Shown: positions 21,719-33,013, numbered from the stretch's first letter. The stretch is DNA of 64,000 bases from Candidatus Latescibacterota bacterium (GCA_965198115.1 OZ240241.1:8000001-8064000), one strand, 5' to 3'. Numbers and translations: made by a program. The notes: generated by a model from the letters alone, not told the origin.

Positions 21719-22183
21719 TCAGACATCTCGCAGGGCAACCTGAAGGCGCTCCATGCTTTCACGAGGCCATGTCTCGTCCCTGACGTAACCTTCGTCAAAT
21801 TGAGGGACCTCTGCAGGCAGCTCGAGCCAGGCGTGCTTGTCCTGCGTCCAGATGTGAGCCCCGATTTCGAGAACTCTCATGTCGTCCAAACTGCGAGACC
21901 TCAGCAGCGCGGTGGCGGGATGATTGGTCGCCGTTCTGTAGATAATGTCCTCGCAAGATTCGCACAGGTAGGCTGTTCGGCGGCCAACCAAAGTCGTTGC
22001 AAGTTCACCTTTTTCGAGATGAACGTCGGCCTCCAGGATGATGGTGGTGATCCCGAACGCGGAGCCGGTTCCCTTTTGACAGTCCGTGCAGTGGCACGCG
22101 TGCACGAAAAGAGGCGAGTTCCGAAGATGGTAACGCACCTCTCCACAGCCGCAGCCACCCGTGAACGGGCTGGTCTTGTTCAA
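21719..22183 (-). CDS. GFA family protein
   Basis: GGCGCG, CHCTDCQK and CESC zinc ligands. Confidence 0.9.
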   Translation of the reverse strand: MNKTSPFTGGCGCGEVRYHLRNSPLFVHACHCTDCQKGTGSAFGITTIILEADVHLEKGELATTLVGRRTAYLCESCEDIIYRTATNHPATALLRSRSLDDMRVLEIGAHIWTQDKHAWLELPAEVPQFDEGYVRDETWPRESMERLQVALRDV

Positions 22184-22370
22184 CTGCTCCTCCGAGCTCG
22201 ATTTAACAACAGGCTATTGGGGGGACGCTGCTCTGATGTAGTTCCCCACTAATATGCACATACAAGGCTGTTCGGGTTGTTTTTCACACCCTTGGTTATC
22301 TTAGCGCAGGCGATTAGAAGGCTGACGTCAGATGACCGGCACTCCACGCGTCAGACACAGGGGAGATCGA

Positions 22371-23108
22371 ATGGCTGAATGGCTGCATCCGGATCGCCGC
22401 CTCGAGATCGAAGGCACGCGCAACGTGAGAGACCTCGGCGGCTATACGACCAAGGACGGCCGGTCGACGCGATGGAGGCGGTTCATCAGGGCTGATAACA
22501 TGGTCGGACTGTCGATTTCCAGTCAGACCGCTCTCCTCGACTATGGCGTGAAAACGATCGTCGATCTTCGGAGAACGAGCGAGACGGAGAAAACGCCGAA
22601 TGTGTTCGAGGATGCAAATAAGGCTGTATATCACCATCTTCCCCTGCGTGTGGACGGTGACCCGCCGGTCGAACCCTTGCCAGAAGACGCAGAGCGGTTC
22701 GAGAAGATGGCCCACAGCTATAGCGCAAACCTCGATGCGTTTCAAGACCGCGTCAAAAGTATCCTGCTGGCACTCTCGAACTCGGAACAGGGCGCGCTCT
22801 ACCACTGCCGCGTCGGAAAGGATCGAACTGGCATGATTTCTGCGCTTCTGCTGAGCCTCGCCGGCGTGCCCGATGATACGGTGGCAGAGGACTACGCTCT
22901 GAGTGCACGCTATCTTTTCGAGTACGATCCAGAGGATCCCGACGTGAAAACGTGGGAAGACTACCGACGTCTCTACAGTTCTCCGAAGACGATGCTGCTT
23001 GTCCTGGACCATCTCAACCGGACGTACGGAAGTGTCGAAGCATACGTCCGCGGTACAGGGCTGTCGGATGAGCCGATCGTCAAGCTGCGGGAATCGTTTT
23101 TGGCGTAA
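22371..23108 (+). CDS. Tyrosine-protein phosphatase family
   Basis: NVRDLGGY, HCRVGKDRTG P-loop, DYALS. Confidence 0.9.
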   Translation: MAEWLHPDRRLEIEGTRNVRDLGGYTTKDGRSTRWRRFIRADNMVGLSISSQTALLDYGVKTIVDLRRTSETEKTPNVFEDANKAVYHHLPLRVDGDPPVEPLPEDAERFEKMAHSYSANLDAFQDRVKSILLALSNSEQGALYHCRVGKDRTGMISALLLSLAGVPDDTVAEDYALSARYLFEYDPEDPDVKTWEDYRRLYSSPKTMLLVLDHLNRTYGSVEAYVRGTGLSDEPIVKLRESFLA

Positions 23109-23306
23109 CAACCACAGAGGTCCGAGGGTTTCCGTCCTGAAGGGGCGGCTTATCTTAGCCCGGAGCGCCCGCCCGCCGAAGCTCTGCGAAGGTGGGTTAG
23201 CCGTGGAGTTGGAAGCGTGGGGGGCGCCGCGGTTTGGACGCGGAGAGATAGGGACAGAACCTTCCGGCGCACAATCACCCCACAGATCGCTTAGGGAGAT
23301 TCCTTG

Positions 23307-24440
23307 ATGATTGAACAGGACGTGCAAGTAGAAACACGATTCCTCGTCAAGACCGAACCGTTCACCCAATGGATGACGGATGTGCTCGTGAGTCGCGGTT
23401 TTGATCATGAGGAAGCCTCTGAAGCGAGTGCTTGGTCTGCGCAGACGGCTGCCTACGAGGTGGAAACGCACGGTCCGAGGAAGCTGTTTCACCTCATGGA
23501 CAATGAGTTCGCCCGCAGCGGGAGCTGCGTGCCTCAGGCCAGCCACGAAGTCCTTCTGTCTTTCCCGTCGCTCGAGGTGTGGGACGGCCGAAGAAAGCTC
23601 GGCCCCGCGATTGCGAGGACAGCTCAGGCCCGTTCAGTAGAAATGGCCAGGTCGCAGGGAATGGGCATCGTTTTCGTCAGGGCGTGCAATCACTTCGGCT
23701 GGGGACCCGCCTACGCCCTTCAGCACCTTACGGACGACCTCCTCATCGGGAACCTTTGCCAGGGCGCCATTCCCATCGTTACTCCGATAGGCGGCTCGGA
23801 TGCGACGATCGGTTCGAACGCCATCGCGATTGCCCTGAACACAGGTATCGAGGAGTGCCCTGTCTTTATCTGGGATACGGGCACAGCGGCGATGAGCTGG
23901 GGCGAAGTGCAGAGACTCCTCATAGAAGACGGCCCTCTCCGCCCGGGCTGCACCGTCGATGCGAATGGTCAACCCGCTGTCAAGGCGAGCGATGCTGTGA
24001 GCCTGCTCCCCGCGGGCACGATCGGGAATGCGCTCGGCGTTCTGATCGAGCTGCTGGCCGCTAACGTGGGGGCGGGCGATCCGCACTATCGGCACGAGTC
24101 GCCCGGAGACTGTCCGGCTGGAGAGCCCAATACGTGTGTGTTTATCTTTTTCGCGCTCAATCTTTCTGTCTTCGACGCGTTGGATTTCCCTCACGGGCGT
24201 TCGAGGAAGGAGAACGTCACCAGCATGATCGAGGCGATTTTCAAAGACAACGGCAGTGCCCGCATCGTCGGTCTGAGGAAATGGCGGGCGAAGGAACGCT
24301 CAGACCAATACGGTGGCCTGCTCTTCGCGCCGGAATCGATCGAGGCTTTTCGTGAAGAAGCCGACGCTCGAGATGTCGCCTTTCCTGACGTAAGCGAGAT
24401 CGAGGTGTCTGTCGAACGGATCGACGTGGCGGGGAAGTAG
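23307..24440 (+). CDS. Ldh_2-family oxidoreductase (divergent)
   Basis: ETHG, NHFG, IGSNAIAIA and WDTGT motifs. Confidence 0.8.
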   Translation: MIEQDVQVETRFLVKTEPFTQWMTDVLVSRGFDHEEASEASAWSAQTAAYEVETHGPRKLFHLMDNEFARSGSCVPQASHEVLLSFPSLEVWDGRRKLGPAIARTAQARSVEMARSQGMGIVFVRACNHFGWGPAYALQHLTDDLLIGNLCQGAIPIVTPIGGSDATIGSNAIAIALNTGIEECPVFIWDTGTAAMSWGEVQRLLIEDGPLRPGCTVDANGQPAVKASDAVSLLPAGTIGNALGVLIELLAANVGAGDPHYRHESPGDCPAGEPNTCVFIFFALNLSVFDALDFPHGRSRKENVTSMIEAIFKDNGSARIVGLRKWRAKERSDQYGGLLFAPESIEAFREEADARDVAFPDVSEIEVSVERIDVAGK

Positions 24441-24561
24441 TCAGGTAGACGCTGGTTAACGGTGGCCAGTTGGCGGTCGGCCCCCTCGCATTCGCTCGGG
24501 GCAGGCTTAAAGACGGCTTTGCCCTTCGACATATGTCCAATCAAACAACAGGGACGGAACG

Positions 24562-25563
24562 ATGCGATATGTCATCTATGGAGCGGGAGGAATCGGTAGC
24601 ACCATGGGGGGACACCTCTGGAGGACGGGTCATCAGTCGATCCTGATCGGACGACCAGGACACGTAAACGCGATTAATCGATCCGGCCTCACACTCAACA
24701 CACCCCAGGACACTTACAACCTCGAGATACCCGCGGTAACTGCACCACAGGAGGTCGAGTGGACTCCGGACGATGTCGTCATGCTCTGCATGAAATCGCA
24801 GGATACCGAGCCGGCGTTAAGGGAACTCGTTGCATCTGTACCCGACCCAACTCAGATTCCCGTTTTCTGCGCCCAGAACAGCATCACGAACGAGCCAGCC
24901 GCAGCCCGCTATTTTGACCGGGTCTACGCTGTGATGGTGGGTTATACGGGAATCTACCTGGAGGATGGAACGATCTATAATCCAGTCGTGGGCAACGCTG
25001 GTTACATGGAGGTCGGGCTCTACCCGAGCGGGATGGACGAACTGGCGAAGCAAGTGGTTTCGGACCTTCGGGCTGCCAGTTTTGGGGTAAACGAAAACGC
25101 GTCGGTCATGTCGGCCAAAGGAATCAAGATGATCGGCAATCTGGGCAACGCATTGAGTGCCATATGTGATGGAAAGGGTGACACCAATCGCTACATGGAA
25201 AGAGCGCGTGACGAGGCTCGACGATGCCTCAGCGCAGCGGGAATACCTTTCGAAGAAGGGTCGGGGCTGTCCGACCGATCGAAGGCCGTTCGAGGCGTCA
25301 ACAGGTTACCTGAAAATGTGAGGAATCTAGGTTCGAGCTGGCAAAGCCTGGTTCGAAAACAGGGCTCGATCGAGGCCGATTTCCTAAACGGAGAAATCGT
25401 GAGACTCGGGAAATTGCACGGCATTGCGACCCCATTCAACCGGATGATCCAGGTTTTCGCGACGAAAATGGCTCGGGAAAGAGAAGCACCTGGGAAGTAT
25501 ACTGCTGACGAGGTCTACTCGATCGCTGAAGCAGCGAAAGAGGCAGAAGGTAGAGGACGGTAG
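24562..25563 (+). CDS. Ketopantoate reductase family
   Basis: GAGGIG, MKSQD, AQN, SSWQS and EADFLNGEI motifs. Confidence 0.88.
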   Translation: MRYVIYGAGGIGSTMGGHLWRTGHQSILIGRPGHVNAINRSGLTLNTPQDTYNLEIPAVTAPQEVEWTPDDVVMLCMKSQDTEPALRELVASVPDPTQIPVFCAQNSITNEPAAARYFDRVYAVMVGYTGIYLEDGTIYNPVVGNAGYMEVGLYPSGMDELAKQVVSDLRAASFGVNENASVMSAKGIKMIGNLGNALSAICDGKGDTNRYMERARDEARRCLSAAGIPFEEGSGLSDRSKAVRGVNRLPENVRNLGSSWQSLVRKQGSIEADFLNGEIVRLGKLHGIATPFNRMIQVFATKMAREREAPGKYTADEVYSIAEAAKEAEGRGR

Positions 25564-25639
25564 ACGGTGGGACCGTAGCAAGGTCGGCAGTGGGCGGTAG
25601 GCGGACGACCACTTCGTTCTTTTACAGTTGCGAGAGCCT

Positions 25640-25775
25640 CTGCCGGTGGGAGCAGTCTCCCGACTACGAACAGATCACAGAAGTCAGAAGTCAGAAGTCA
25701 GAGGTCAGAGACGGCGGCTTCGCCAGAGCCCTACGGGTGGGAACCGGGTAGGAGCGACCTCCAGCCGCAAGAGCA
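25640..25775. repeat. Heptamer tandem repeat flanked by REP-like palindromes
   Basis: (CAGAAGT)3 CAGAGGT CAGAGAC at 25678-25712; GTGGGAGC..CTCCC at 25646; GTAGGAGCGACCTCC at 25748. Confidence 0.65.
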
Positions 25776-25796
25776 GAAGACCGACGAAGAGAGGAT

Positions 25797-26588
25797 TCAA
25801 GCCAGCTCCAACAGACAACCGTCGTCGAGCGGCTCGAGCGGGGTGAAGTCGCGGTTGTTGTGATACCAGGCGCGTTCGGTGCCGGTGCAGGCATTGCTGA
25901 TGGCGTTATAGATGAGATACACGATCGCTCTACGCCAGGGCGAGACGTTGTTCGCTGAGCCGTGAACGACATTGCAGTGGACGAGACAGACGGTTCCAGC
26001 GTCGCCGGTGAGTGCTTCGATACCATTATCGTCAGCCAGTCGCTCGAAGTCTTCGCGACTGATGTGCTGCAGGGCATATTCTTTACCGATCGTGTCTTCG
26101 TGCGGCTTCGATTCGAGCAGCCCGTACCTGTGGGAAGCCGGGACGACGAGGAGAGGAGACTTGGCCACCGTGCAGTCATCGACGAACACGGTGGCCATAA
26201 TGCATTTAGGCTCAGGCATGCCGTCGATCGCGCGCCACGGCGGATAGTCCTGATGCCAGTCCCAGGCGGCGCCCTGGCCGAACCCCTGCTTGGGATTCAG
26301 GCGGCTTTGATGCAGATACACGTCGTCGTCCAACAACTGGCGGACAGGTTCAATCAGTCGCGGCAGAAGGCTCAGACGCCGGAATGGCTCGGAATAGGTG
26401 TGTGCGCCGAAGGCTAGGCGGAGCGCTGTGGGATCGTCACTCTCGTGGACGATCTCCAGTCCCGTTCGGGTGAAGACATCAGGCAGGGCCGCCTGCAGGG
26501 CTCCCACTTCCTCGGTCGAAAGCAGACCAGGGAAGACCAGGAAGCCACGGTCCTCGAATTCGTGCAGCTGTGCGTTGGTGAGTTTCAC
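25797..26588 (-). CDS. PhyH-family dioxygenase (ectoine/proline hydroxylase-like)
   Basis: VYLHQSRLNPK, WDWHQDY and HGSANNVSP motifs. Confidence 0.88.
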   Translation of the reverse strand: MKLTNAQLHEFEDRGFLVFPGLLSTEEVGALQAALPDVFTRTGLEIVHESDDPTALRLAFGAHTYSEPFRRLSLLPRLIEPVRQLLDDDVYLHQSRLNPKQGFGQGAAWDWHQDYPPWRAIDGMPEPKCIMATVFVDDCTVAKSPLLVVPASHRYGLLESKPHEDTIGKEYALQHISREDFERLADDNGIEALTGDAGTVCLVHCNVVHGSANNVSPWRRAIVYLIYNAISNACTGTERAWYHNNRDFTPLEPLDDGCLLELA

Positions 26589-26729
26589 GATGTCACCCGA
26601 TCGATGGTCTGTCAGGAAGGCGACGAGCGGATCCACGATCGGGCTCTTCCCGAGCAGAACTCGGTCCTACAAAGTCTCACAGGCGATCAATCGCGCACGA
26701 CGGATTCAGCGCGGCAGTGATCGCTCCTG

Positions 26730-27157
26730 CTACAGACTCTCCTTCTGCTCACGACGGGCTGCCAGGATGATGTAGGCGCCTACAATGATCATGAGCCAAA
26801 AGCCCGATACTGGTAGCAACATAACCCCCACGACCGCGTAGACCAAAAGGCCCATCCCACGAAAGCGGGTATCCGGCGATCGAGGGCTCTCTCCAGCCAG
26901 AAACAGAGCGAGCCCAGCACAAGCCAGGAGAATCCCGTCCACAGAAACCAGAACGCAGCCAGGCGACCGTAAACCTCGTTGAGAGTTTCGTGGAAGCCGT
27001 GGTCGAGAATCGAGGTCAGTGGGGACGGGGACGGAACGACTGCGTTGAGAACACCCGTCGAGACGATCTGGCTTATCGGTTCAGCGAAGATGACGAGGGC
27101 GACGAGCGTGTGAAGGATGCCAAGGGCAAGCAGTAGGTGTCCGATTATACGTGGCAT
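26730..27157 (-). pseudogene. DUF6463-like membrane protein, frameshifted
   Basis: GILHT..AAFWFL then PVSGFWL in a second frame; one G missing near 26852, possibly a sequencing error. Confidence 0.65.
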
Positions 27158-27259
27158 TGGATATCCCGCAGCAACTGACTTCACACAGCATCCAACTGGT
27201 TCATCACGGTTGTACTGCGAAGGATCGGGCGTGGTGGGTGTTGCGTGCCCCTGAACGGC

Positions 27260-28495
27260 TCAGTCGCGTACGACGGCCTTGGGCGCCAGGGCCTTTCCTT
27301 TGTCGATCTGCTTTTGATTCGGAAACGGATCGGGATGGGTGATGGCGCCCGGCTCGCCGGCCCTCCAGACCGCGTCGGCGACGAGCAGGCGGTCAATCGG
27401 GCGCATCTGTCCGATCGTATCCTCGAGCTCCATGTCGGTCTCATCGAATGACAGGACGGCGACGTCCGCTTCGCGGCCGACTCCGAGAGTGCCGATTCGG
27501 TCGCCCCAACCAATGGCCTCGGCGGGTGCGATGGTCGATGCGCGGATGACGTCGGTCAGGGGCATGCCGAGGGCGATCATCTTCGTCATAACGGTCGGCA
27601 TGTCGTAGGCGGGGCCATCACACGTCAGCGTATGCATGTCGGTGCTGATGGCGTCCGGCCAGATGCCGGCTTCGATACAGATTTCGGCGACCTTGTAGTT
27701 GAACCCGCCCATGCCGTGGCCGACATCGAAGACAATTCCTCTGTCCTTCGCCGCAAGAGCGGCATCGTGGGCCTGGCCGGTCGAGGGATCGATGACCGTG
27801 GTTTCAAAGCCGTGGAAGCAGTGCGTATAGATGTCGCCCGTCCCCAGCGTTCCGGGACATTCCTCCAACGGCACGGTGGAAAAGCTGTGATGGGTCATCA
27901 GCGGGAGACCCAGCTTCTGTGCGGCGTCCTGTGACTGGCGATAGGCTTCGGGCTCGTTGCGGCCGTTATCGGCGATGGATGCGGACAGTCGAACCTTCAC
28001 GCCGATGACGATGTCTTCGTTTTCCCTCGCGCATTCGACACATCTTTCGCTGCTTATCAGCTTCATCGCCTCGAGCTCGCCGGGCTCATCGCCATCCGTG
28101 GATCTTCCGACGGCGAGACCGATGCGGGAGATGTTGAGAAAAGCCAGCAGACGCGTTCTAGCAGGCTCGACCGCGAACGTGCGATACCCGGGAAAGATGT
28201 CGTAGCCGGCGCTACCGGTGTCGACGGCCGTCGTCACACCACGACCGAGACAGAAGTAGTCGGCGTCGACACCGAGCGGCGTGACTCGGTTGTAGGTGTG
28301 GGTGTGGAGATCGACCAAGCCCGGCATCACCAACTTGCCACTGGCGTCGAACGCTTCCTCCGCCTGATCGACCTCGAGGTTCTCCCCCACTGCCGCGATC
28401 TTGCCATCGGCGATCGCCACATCAAGTGGCCCGTCGACTTCGTTGGCGGGGTCGATGACACGGCCGCCCTGTATGACCCAGTCGTACTTGCTCAT
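27260..28495 (-). CDS. Amidohydrolase/deacetylase (dihydroorotase-like)
   Basis: PGLVDLHTH, GVKVR, THCFH, DVGHG and ISTDMH motifs. Confidence 0.9.
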   Translation of the reverse strand: MSKYDWVIQGGRVIDPANEVDGPLDVAIADGKIAAVGENLEVDQAEEAFDASGKLVMPGLVDLHTHTYNRVTPLGVDADYFCLGRGVTTAVDTGSAGYDIFPGYRTFAVEPARTRLLAFLNISRIGLAVGRSTDGDEPGELEAMKLISSERCVECARENEDIVIGVKVRLSASIADNGRNEPEAYRQSQDAAQKLGLPLMTHHSFSTVPLEECPGTLGTGDIYTHCFHGFETTVIDPSTGQAHDAALAAKDRGIVFDVGHGMGGFNYKVAEICIEAGIWPDAISTDMHTLTCDGPAYDMPTVMTKMIALGMPLTDVIRASTIAPAEAIGWGDRIGTLGVGREADVAVLSFDETDMELEDTIGQMRPIDRLLVADAVWRAGEPGAITHPDPFPNQKQIDKGKALAPKAVVRD

Positions 28496-28822
28496 AACCT
28501 CCTCGTGATGCCTTTCAAGAGCTCGACTTTGACGTGATGGATAAGGCCGGCTTTCGGTAGTATGTGCAGATGATCCGGCCCTGTCGAGAGGTGTTTGGCG
28601 ACGTGCTCTGTTTCCTAGTACATCACTTTCGCAAGCGTGGTGACCTTACTGGTGCGGTCACCGACTGATTACCCTGATTAGGCGATTCGTGAAATCACCT
28701 TTCGGAACGGGTGGGTGACGGCCTGAAATCGGCTGCTTGACCCCCTACCGCTTTCGTGTACTGTGTAGGGCGGTCCGCGAAAGCTAGTTAACCCATCCAG
28801 CAACTCTTTCCACGAGCGTTCC

Positions 28823-29560
28823 ATGTCAGAGACGACCCCTAGAAAGCTGGAGAAAGCCATGGCCAACATGCTTCCTCCGGAGGACAGTATGCTTTACGAC
28901 GGGTGGCTGCTTCGCTTCAACACTGGTACGAGCAGAAACCCTAATGCCGTTTGGCCAATCTACGCCGGTCACGATCCCGTCGAGGCCAAAGTCACTTTCT
29001 GTGAGAAGCAGTATGCGGACCGAGAACTCGTGTGTCACTTCAGGCTCACCGACGGGGAGGCGTGTGCCGAGATTGAAGACGTGCTCTTAAGCCGTGGCTA
29101 CGCGATCGACAACCCGAACCATCTCCTGACGATGGAGACGTTTCCAACCGAAGAGCCTGAGATCACGGAAGTCAACCTCGAAGGATGGCTCTCGACGATC
29201 CACGATGTCGATCCGGACCAGCATGACGACGCGATCACGATGAAGCGCGGGCCCCTTTCACGCATCACGTTGCCGGTGTGCTACGGTTTTGTCGAACACG
29301 AAGGCGCACCGTCCAGCTACGGGCGTGCGGTCCAGCAGGACGATCTGTATCAGCTCGCGGAACTGTGGACGACACCGACCCTCCGAAACCAGGGCCTCGG
29401 AACGCATCTGATTCAAGGGCTGTTGCATATTGGCAAGCGGGCAGGCGCTCGAACTCCTTTCCTCCCGGTTGCCGAATCGAATCCCGGGGCCAGAAGGCTT
29501 TACGAGCGGCTGGGGTTCAGTCGTGTATACGGATTCAAATACATGAGTCCACAAGACTGA
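28823..29560 (+). CDS. GNAT acetyltransferase
   Basis: DGWLLRF N-domain; RNQGLG; N.GARRLYERLGF. Confidence 0.88.
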   Translation: MSETTPRKLEKAMANMLPPEDSMLYDGWLLRFNTGTSRNPNAVWPIYAGHDPVEAKVTFCEKQYADRELVCHFRLTDGEACAEIEDVLLSRGYAIDNPNHLLTMETFPTEEPEITEVNLEGWLSTIHDVDPDQHDDAITMKRGPLSRITLPVCYGFVEHEGAPSSYGRAVQQDDLYQLAELWTTPTLRNQGLGTHLIQGLLHIGKRAGARTPFLPVAESNPGARRLYERLGFSRVYGFKYMSPQD

Positions 29561-29650
29561 GACCCGTCAGACGACCAAGCTTACCCTTTCAGGTCACTCA
29601 AGACCGTGTTCCGGCCGGATGCGGGCCTGTTGTCCTGCCAGGAGGTGACT

Positions 29651-30751
29651 ATGAAAATCACAAATCTGACGACCACCCTGTTCGAGTGGCACATCGAACC
29701 GTGGAAGACGGGCAAACACCGCTTCGGCGGAGACATTCAACTGGGTGTGGTCACGGTGCATACCGATGAAGGAATCGAAGGACACGCTTTTCTGGGGTCG
29801 CCCAGCCAGGGGGCGGACGTTCTGGTAGGACCGTTGATGACCCTGGTCAAGCCCTTCCTCATAGGTCGAAATCCGCTGGACATCGGCGCTTTGTGGCAGG
29901 AAATGTGGGGGCAGCATCGGCACGTCTCATTGAGGGCCATCGGAGCGGTCGACGTGGCGCTCTGGGACCTGGCTGGCAAGGCGGCAGGTCTTCCGATTCA
30001 TCGTCTGCTTGGCACGTGCAAGAGAAGGGTTCCGGCTTACGCCAGTTCCGCATACCTGCCCACACCCGAAGCCTATGGTGAGGAAGCGCTGCGGTTCAAG
30101 TCACTCGGGTGGACCGCCTACAAGACGCACCCCCACGGGGTACCAAAGGAAGACATCGAGATCTGCCGGGCCATTCGTGAAGCCGTGGGCGACGACATGG
30201 TTCTCATGCTGGATGCCATGTGGGCATTCACCTACGAGGAGGCGGTCAGGGTCGGAAGAGCCGTTGAGGAACTCGACTACTTCTGGTATGAAGATCCACT
30301 CGCTGAAGAAGACATCTACAATTACACCAAACTTCGTCAGAAGCTGGATATCCCGCTGATGAACACGGAGTACGCGCCCGGTGGCTATTACGGAATGGCC
30401 CAGTGGGTACACCAGCAGGCAACCGACTTGTTACGGGGTGACGTCGCAGTGAACGGCGGCATCACCCCGATGATGCGGATCGCCCACCTGGCGGACGCCT
30501 TTCGGATGAAGTGCGAGCTGCACCACGGTGGCAACTCGCTCAACAATGTGGCCAACCTCCACGTCACGATGGCTATTCCCAACTGCGATTACTATGAAGT
30601 CTTCCCGGCTGACGGTGCCAACAAGTACGGCCTAGTCGAGGACATCGAGGTGGACAACGAGGGCATGGTCTACGCACCGGAGGGTCCGGGGCTGAGCTAC
30701 GAAATCGATTGGGACCTCGTCAGACGGGACACGCTGCAGGTGGTCGAATAA
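29651..30751 (+). CDS. Mandelate racemase/muconate lactonizing enzyme family
   Basis: DVALWDLAGK, PAYAS, LMLD, WYEDP, GGIT and P.GPGL motifs. Confidence 0.92.
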   Translation: MKITNLTTTLFEWHIEPWKTGKHRFGGDIQLGVVTVHTDEGIEGHAFLGSPSQGADVLVGPLMTLVKPFLIGRNPLDIGALWQEMWGQHRHVSLRAIGAVDVALWDLAGKAAGLPIHRLLGTCKRRVPAYASSAYLPTPEAYGEEALRFKSLGWTAYKTHPHGVPKEDIEICRAIREAVGDDMVLMLDAMWAFTYEEAVRVGRAVEELDYFWYEDPLAEEDIYNYTKLRQKLDIPLMNTEYAPGGYYGMAQWVHQQATDLLRGDVAVNGGITPMMRIAHLADAFRMKCELHHGGNSLNNVANLHVTMAIPNCDYYEVFPADGANKYGLVEDIEVDNEGMVYAPEGPGLSYEIDWDLVRRDTLQVVE

Positions 30752-30765
30752 CTTATAGGAACATC

Positions 30766-31515
30766 ATGACGCCTTCTGAACAAGCGATTGCTGAAATCGA
30801 TCTGTATGGCTTCACGCTGGTACCGGACGTTCTGACGCAGGGCCAGGTCGCGTCCATAAGAGACGTCCTGATCCGATGCGCGGAAGCAGCGGGCGAGGCA
30901 GATTATGTCAATCGCGGTGGCACGTCCTGCCTAGTCAGGAATCTACCGACCCTGGATCCGATCTTTTTCCCCATCATCGATCATCCGACGATCTTGCCGA
31001 TTCTGGAGCACTTCCTGGGTGAATCGCTGATCCTCGGCAGCCTCAGCTCACGCATCCTACGTCCCGGAGACGGCGAGCAGGACTTTCACAGCGACATTCC
31101 CGGCCACATGCTCAACCCGGCATCGCCGGTGATGATGAACACTGTTTGGATGCTGGAGGACTTCAGCCCGGAGAATGGCGGTACGCGGATCGTGCCAGGA
31201 TCACACAAGAGTGGCTTGGATGGACCACCGGCGGACATGGACGTGAAGCACATCTATCAGCCCGTCTGCGACGCGGGAAGCGTCCTTGTGTTCAACGGAC
31301 AGTGTTGGCACGCGGGCGGGGCGAACAACAGCGATCAGAATCGGTACGCCTTATTCGCGCACTATCGCAAATCGATGCTGATGTTCCAGCTCGATCCTCA
31401 CGACGGCTTTCCGGCGGCCTGGTTCGACCAGTTGACACCGCGACAAAAGGAACTGCTGCGTATGCAAGGTGGTCCGGGAGCCCTGCACGCGGCGGATATC
31501 CACGCCAGATCGTAG
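30766..31515 (+). CDS. PhyH-family dioxygenase
   Basis: FHSD, NGGTRIVPGSH and WHAGG motifs. Confidence 0.9.
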   Translation: MTPSEQAIAEIDLYGFTLVPDVLTQGQVASIRDVLIRCAEAAGEADYVNRGGTSCLVRNLPTLDPIFFPIIDHPTILPILEHFLGESLILGSLSSRILRPGDGEQDFHSDIPGHMLNPASPVMMNTVWMLEDFSPENGGTRIVPGSHKSGLDGPPADMDVKHIYQPVCDAGSVLVFNGQCWHAGGANNSDQNRYALFAHYRKSMLMFQLDPHDGFPAAWFDQLTPRQKELLRMQGGPGALHAADIHARS

Positions 31516-31550
31516 ACGAGGATACACCGGACCTCGCGAAGGAACACACG

Positions 31551-33013
31551 ATGACAGAGCCATGCGATCTTCCCGCCACGACCCTTCGGCGGATGATCGG
31601 TGACAGACAGTTGTCCCCGGTCGAACTACTCGACAGCTGCATCGCGCGGATCGAGGCCATCAATCCCGTGCTCAATGCTTTCGTCGTGCTCTGTCTGGAA
31701 GAGGCGCGGTCGGCCGCCGTTGAGAAGACGGATCAGGTCGCTTCTGGCGACGCCCTAGGACCGCTGCACGGTTTGCCGATTGGGATGAAGGAGTCCTTCC
31801 ACGTCAAGGATGTGGCGACGACACAGGGATTCCCGCCGTGGAAGGACCGGATCGCGAAAGAAGACGACTGCACGACCGCCGCCATTCGACGAGCGGGCGG
31901 CGTCATCGTGGGCAAGACGAACGTGCCGACGCTGCTTCACGGCATGACAAGTCGCAACCCTCTGTTCGGCACGACCCGAAACGCCCACGACTTGGAGCTT
32001 TCCTGTCTGGGATCGTCCGGGGGATCGGCAGTCGCGGTGTCCGCATCGATGGTGCCGCTGGCGAGTGGATCGGATACCGGTGGGAGCATCCGTGGACCGG
32101 CCGCGGCAAACGGTATCTGTGGCATGCGGCCGTCGCCGGGGGTGGTTCCGCACGACGACCACATCCACGCGTTCAACCCCACGAGCATTCGCGGACCCAT
32201 GGCACGGACAGTGGCAGATACCCAGCTTTTTCTGGCCGGGATGGTGAGCGATGGGCCCGATCCGTTCGATCACGACGTGACCTCGGACGACATCCTGAAG
32301 GTACGTCCGGCCGACCTCGGATCCCTGCGCGTGGCGGTTTCGTCGGACCTCGGTTTCGTCGACGTCCATCCGGAGATGCGGGCCACCTTCAAGGCCAAGA
32401 TCGAGCGGATCGAAGGGCTGTTCGGCAAGGTGACGCAATGCGACCCGCCGCTCGGTGAAATCAACCGCGCCTACTGGACACTGAGGCCCATGAAATTCCT
32501 TCCCGACCTCGGCGAGATGCACAAGCGGGACCCATCGAGCACGACAGAGTACAAGCGCGTCGATCTCCGCCACGCGTTCGCATCGAGCGTCGAGGACATC
32601 GCCTGGGCGCAGGCCGAACAGACCCGCGTGTTCGCCCGGCTGCGCGACTTCTTTCAGGATTACGACTTGTTGATCGTGCCGGGTCATCAGAACCCACTGC
32701 CGTCGATCGCCGAGATCGACGCCCGGGAGGAGGCGATGGCGGAGGAAACGACCGGTTTGGCTACGATGATTGCGACTTTTCCGCGGACGAAGGACGTGCG
32801 GCGATCAACGGGTCGTTCACGCTGACGGGCACGCCCGTCCTGACCGTGACCGCAGGCACCGACGCCGCCGGTCTGCCGTTCGGGCTCAATCTTGTCGGCG
32901 CGTACAGGAGCGATCTCGATCTGCTTTCGTTTGGGCTCGCGCTCGAGGAACGGACCTCGGACGACCCGGAACTCAGGCGTCGCCTGCCTGACCTGGCGGC
33001 AGTGAGCGCGTAG
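31551..33013 (+). pseudogene. Amidase, frameshifted near the C-terminus
   Basis: GPLHGLPIGMK, GSSGGS, GSDTGGSIR; the GLPFGL tail is in another frame after the T run at ~32756. Confidence 0.85.
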
